From contig JBHLLG010000049.1 in assembly GCA_048885925.1 (NCBI GenBank), positions 1-21,537 on the forward strand: DNA of 21,537 bases, written 5' to 3'. This document shows, piece by piece, positions 18,311-21,537 of the stretch. The first letter of the stretch is position 1, and every line of letters starts with the position of its first letter. Origin of the DNA: Candidatus Hermodarchaeota archaeon. Its GTDB lineage: Archaea; Asgardarchaeota; Lokiarchaeia; Sigyniarchaeales; SOKP01. The notes beneath the pieces are model-generated. The model had not been told where the DNA came from and made no database searches. It was given only the letters and a program-made list of their open reading frames with translations. The translations under genes were made by a program, and so were the position numbers.

Positions 18311-19450
18311 ATGAGCAATAAAGCTGAATATGAAAAAGCTCTTAATATAATATTTAAAACTGGGGGATTTATTTACCCCTTTTCTGATACAGTGTATGAA
18401 ATATTAAAGTATACCATCAGAGATGAAAATCTAGACCTTATAATGGCTTTTGAGAATAATATTTCCCAAACATTGGAACAGTTAAAAGAGAGCAGTGATT
18501 TACCTGAAGAAGAAATATTGAAAAAAGTAGATGCTTTAGCAAAAACAGGTGTAATATTTAACCAACCTAACCGTTATGGGGTAATGGTGTATCGAATATT
18601 ACCGATGCATAGGCAATTTGAATATATTTTCATGAAAAATCTTGAAAAAACAGAGGAAAATTATAAGATCGCACAATTATTCCATAAACTTAATGAAGAA
18701 CAAAGTAATGTTATGCAATCCGATTATGATAGAATGACTTCAGATCTAGAACAAATGCCCCCCTTAGATCGTACAATCCCGATATTAGAAAATTTAGAAA
18801 CAGGTGAAGAAATTAACATTATCGTGGAAGAAGAATTACAAGTCCCTACAGAACAAATATTACCAACTCAAAAAATTAGAGAATTAATTGAAAAGTATGA
18901 TGATATTGCTGTAGGACATTGTTATTGTCGTCAACATCAAGAATTTTTAAATAATCCCTGTAAGCAGATCGAACTAACACCAAGTTGTATGACTTTAGGT
19001 AAATCTGCAAGGCATACTTCTAATCATGGTTTCTCTAAATTGGTATCTAAGGAAGAAGCCTTGAAAATTCTAAAAAAGTGTGAAGATGCGGGGTTAGTCC
19101 ATAAAGCGTATCATCTATACGGTGATATAGGCAAGGAAGAAGTAGCTATTTGCAATTGCTGTAGCTGTTGTTGCTTAAATGCAAGAGATTGTTTGATTTA
19201 TCCTGTAGTTAATGCAACTAATTACTTGTCTAGCATTGATGAAGATTTATGTATAGGATGTGGTACATGTGTAGATATATGCTATAACAAAGCAATTGAA
19301 TTAAATGATGACGATAAAGCAGAAAGAATAGAAGAATTCTGTATTGGTTGTGGTGTTTGTGCTTATCATTGTCCTGAAAATGCCATTTCTATGATTGAGG
19401 GTCCGAGACTAGTTAGGATGCTTCCTCTAAAGAAAAACAAAAAAATGTAA
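18311..19450 (+). CDS. Cys-rich iron-sulfur protein with a C-terminal 2x[4Fe-4S] ferredoxin domain
   Basis: AVGHCYCR, C...C, EEAL.IL..CEDAGLVH, ICNCCSCCC, CIGCGTCVDIC, CIGCGVCAYHCP. Confidence 0.83.
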   Translation: MSNKAEYEKALNIIFKTGGFIYPFSDTVYEILKYTIRDENLDLIMAFENNISQTLEQLKESSDLPEEEILKKVDALAKTGVIFNQPNRYGVMVYRILPMHRQFEYIFMKNLEKTEENYKIAQLFHKLNEEQSNVMQSDYDRMTSDLEQMPPLDRTIPILENLETGEEINIIVEEELQVPTEQILPTQKIRELIEKYDDIAVGHCYCRQHQEFLNNPCKQIELTPSCMTLGKSARHTSNHGFSKLVSKEEALKILKKCEDAGLVHKAYHLYGDIGKEEVAICNCCSCCCLNARDCLIYPVVNATNYLSSIDEDLCIGCGTCVDICYNKAIELNDDDKAERIEEFCIGCGVCAYHCPENAISMIEGPRLVRMLPLKKNKKM

Positions 19451-19473
19451 TTCAATATTTCTTTTCAATAAAT

Positions 19474-20313
19474 TTATTCAACTATAGCATAAGCATTTCC
19501 AAGAACTATTGCTCTTTTTGTTTTTACTTGAATTATATACCGTCCATTATCTTTCCAACCTTCTGTAGTTAATATTTCTCCAGGATATACTTCACTAGTA
19601 AATCGTGCCTGAAATTCTTTAAATCGTTCTATCTCTCCATTACAAATACCATAGATTATAGCACGTGTTGCAAAACCATATGTACACAATCCATGAAGGA
19701 TTGGTCCCTTAAACCTTCCGCTTCTACTAGCAAATTCAGGATCTATATGTAAAGGGTTTAAATCACCATTAAGTCTATACAATGCAGCTTGATTTTCAGT
19801 AGTTTTATAAGATATACTAAAATCCGGTTCTACTCCTTCAGGAGGGTTTAATGGCTCAGTTTTAGGACCTGGTTCTCCCCCAAAACCTCCTCCTTTAAGG
19901 TAAAAAAAAACCCATTTAGTGTCAAATACAGGTTCACCTTCACTATTATGACCAGAAACCTTCATATGAATAACAGCAGCTTTTCCCTTATCAAAAATAT
20001 TCTCAACCTCTCCTTGACAAATTATTTCACCAGCAGAAGAAAAAGATTTGTACAGTTTTATTGACTGCTCTCCATGAACAAAGTGTGAAAAAGAAATTTT
20101 GCCAAGCCTATTAAGTTGGAGACCAGCCCCACCAACTATACAAGCATAACTTGGGAAAACTTTTAATCCTCCAGAAATTCCTTCATATAAAAATTGTAAC
20201 TCATCAACCTGAGCTCCAATCCCTAAGGCATAAAGTATTACATCTTTCCAATCATATTTAAAAGTAACCTCTGGGAATTTCTTTCCTATAACATCAAGAT
20301 TTAATCCTGACAA
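19474..20313 (-). CDS. MaoC-family (R)-specific enoyl-CoA hydratase, double hot-dog fold (hydratase-2-like)
   Basis: DVILYALGIGA, VHGEQ, DKGKAA, GGFGG, QAALYRLNGDLNPLHIDP, PILHGLCTYG. TTG start with GAGGTGA 7 nt upstream. Confidence 0.9.
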   Translation of the reverse strand: MSGLNLDVIGKKFPEVTFKYDWKDVILYALGIGAQVDELQFLYEGISGGLKVFPSYACIVGGAGLQLNRLGKISFSHFVHGEQSIKLYKSFSSAGEIICQGEVENIFDKGKAAVIHMKVSGHNSEGEPVFDTKWVFFYLKGGGFGGEPGPKTEPLNPPEGVEPDFSISYKTTENQAALYRLNGDLNPLHIDPEFASRSGRFKGPILHGLCTYGFATRAIIYGICNGEIERFKEFQARFTSEVYPGEILTTEGWKDNGRYIIQVKTKRAIVLGNAYAIVE

Positions 20314-20375
20314 TATTTTATCACCTCTAACAAAATAATTTATTTATTTTTTATATTGAATATCAATTTTTTATA

Positions 20376-21269
20376 TTAAATAAATCCGCTTCTCTTTAAA
20401 CTATCAACAAAAAACTCCATTTGTCTTTCTAAAAATCCAATATTTCCATATTTGATAATCTTAGATTTAGGTGTGAAAGTTTCATGAAACTTGAGAGCTA
20501 AGTAATTGTATGAAGGATTTTCTTTATACCACTTAATAATTGAATCTTTTGTAGCAAAATGTAATTCTTCCATACTATTTATTATTTGTTCGAAATCATC
20601 ATCTGTCCACACACCATAATGGGCTAATGATATTGAAGTTAAATCATCTTTCATATTTCTAAGTCTCTGAAATGTTTTTAATAATTCTGCTTCATGAAAA
20701 TCTGGCGGCATAAAAGTAGGTTGGAAATAATAAATACTAGATTTATCGATAATTGCATCACCAGTGAATATATTCTTATTTTTCTTGTCAAATAGTGCAA
20801 TACAATCCATAGTATGACCAAAAAAATTCAGGACTTTTAATTCTAAACCATTTAAATCAATAATTTCACTATCTTTTAAAGGTATAACACCTTTAATTGG
20901 CTCCATTTTGGCTGCAAATACATCATTCATGTTTTGTGGATTTTTTAAGTTCTCTATTGCATTTTCCGACGCTAAAACTTCAACCTTTGTATCCTTCATT
21001 AATTTCTGTAATTCATGGACACCATCTACGTGATCAAAATGAGAATGTGTGAGGAAGATCTTATGAATGGGATAAATCTCAAATTGTTTCAACTTTTCAA
21101 TAATTTTAGGTGCTGCTACTTTCTCAGATGCATCAATCATCATTCTCCTCCCTTTATTTTCAATAATATAAATTGATAAATTTCCTTTCCCTCCAAATAG
21201 ATTTCCATCAATCAACCACGTGTTTTCATTAAATTTTCCTTCTTTATTTATAAAAACCAACATTATCAC
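20376..21269 (-). CDS. Metallo-beta-lactamase-fold hydrolase
   Basis: MIDA, THSHFDHVDG, GHT, FTGDA, LAHYG metal-binding motifs. Start may be ATG 21263. Confidence 0.87.
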   Translation of the reverse strand: MIMLVFINKEGKFNENTWLIDGNLFGGKGNLSIYIIENKGRRMMIDASEKVAAPKIIEKLKQFEIYPIHKIFLTHSHFDHVDGVHELQKLMKDTKVEVLASENAIENLKNPQNMNDVFAAKMEPIKGVIPLKDSEIIDLNGLELKVLNFFGHTMDCIALFDKKNKNIFTGDAIIDKSSIYYFQPTFMPPDFHEAELLKTFQRLRNMKDDLTSISLAHYGVWTDDDFEQIINSMEELHFATKDSIIKWYKENPSYNYLALKFHETFTPKSKIIKYGNIGFLERQMEFFVDSLKRSGFI

Positions 21270-21357
21270 CTTCTCTTAGATTTTTCTAAACTAGTATAAA
21301 TATAATGAAATGAATATTAACATAAAAAAAATAAAAAGACTCTATTAATAAATGATT

Positions 21358-21537
21358 TTAAGCGTCTAAATTTTCAATAACAGTTGCTAATCCCTGTCCA
21401 CCACCAACACATGCGTTAGCAATGCCATATTTTGCCTTTTTATCCTTTAATATACGAGCAAGAGTACCAGTTAATCGAATCACCGTAGATCCTAAGGGAT
21501 GTCCAATGGCAGTAGACCCTCCCATTACATTAACTTT
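21358..21537 (-). CDS. Acetyl-CoA C-acyltransferase (thiolase), C-terminal 59 aa; gene runs off the right edge
   Basis: Manual translation [59 protein letters not shown] contains the GHP and CVGGGQG thiolase motifs. Not in the ORF track. Confidence 0.9.
   Translation of the reverse strand, partial: KVNVMGGSTAIGHPLGSTVIRLTGTLARILKDKKAKYGIANACVGGGQGLATVIENLDA

Noticed and set aside
1-21537. tRNA, rRNA, CRISPR arrays, transposases or integrases
   Set aside because: None recognised. Intergenic regions are short and AT-rich, without GC-rich structured RNA or regular repeats.

Overview
AT-rich archaeal-type chromosomal segment, most likely from an Asgard archaeon of the Lokiarchaeia type. That assignment is inferred from composition, a HEAT-like+LRR protein and the acyl-CoA enzyme repertoire, not from a database search. 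The window is mostly anaerobic acyl-CoA/2-oxoacid metabolism: a split methylmalonyl-CoA mutase large subunit, a DUF35 OB-fold protein, a four-subunit 2-oxoacid:ferredoxin oxidoreductase, a ThDP enzyme, a Zn-ADH, a crotonase-family isomerase, an NMO/FabK-like flavoprotein, an Fe-S protein, a MaoC hydratase, an MBL hydrolase and a partial thiolase. It also holds a DUF1846 gene and CTP synthase. Main discovery: the ORF track truncates pyrG. The real gene starts at ATG 12168 and is interrupted inside its GGVMSGI-GKG motif by a 30-nt insert (12222-12251) with two in-frame stops. The insert folds into a bulge-helix-bulge/loop motif whose canonical cut sites restore the motif exactly, making it a candidate tRNA-splicing-type intron in an essential protein-coding gene. 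Second: an unrecognised 952-aa helical protein with three indel-free tandem 148-aa repeats.
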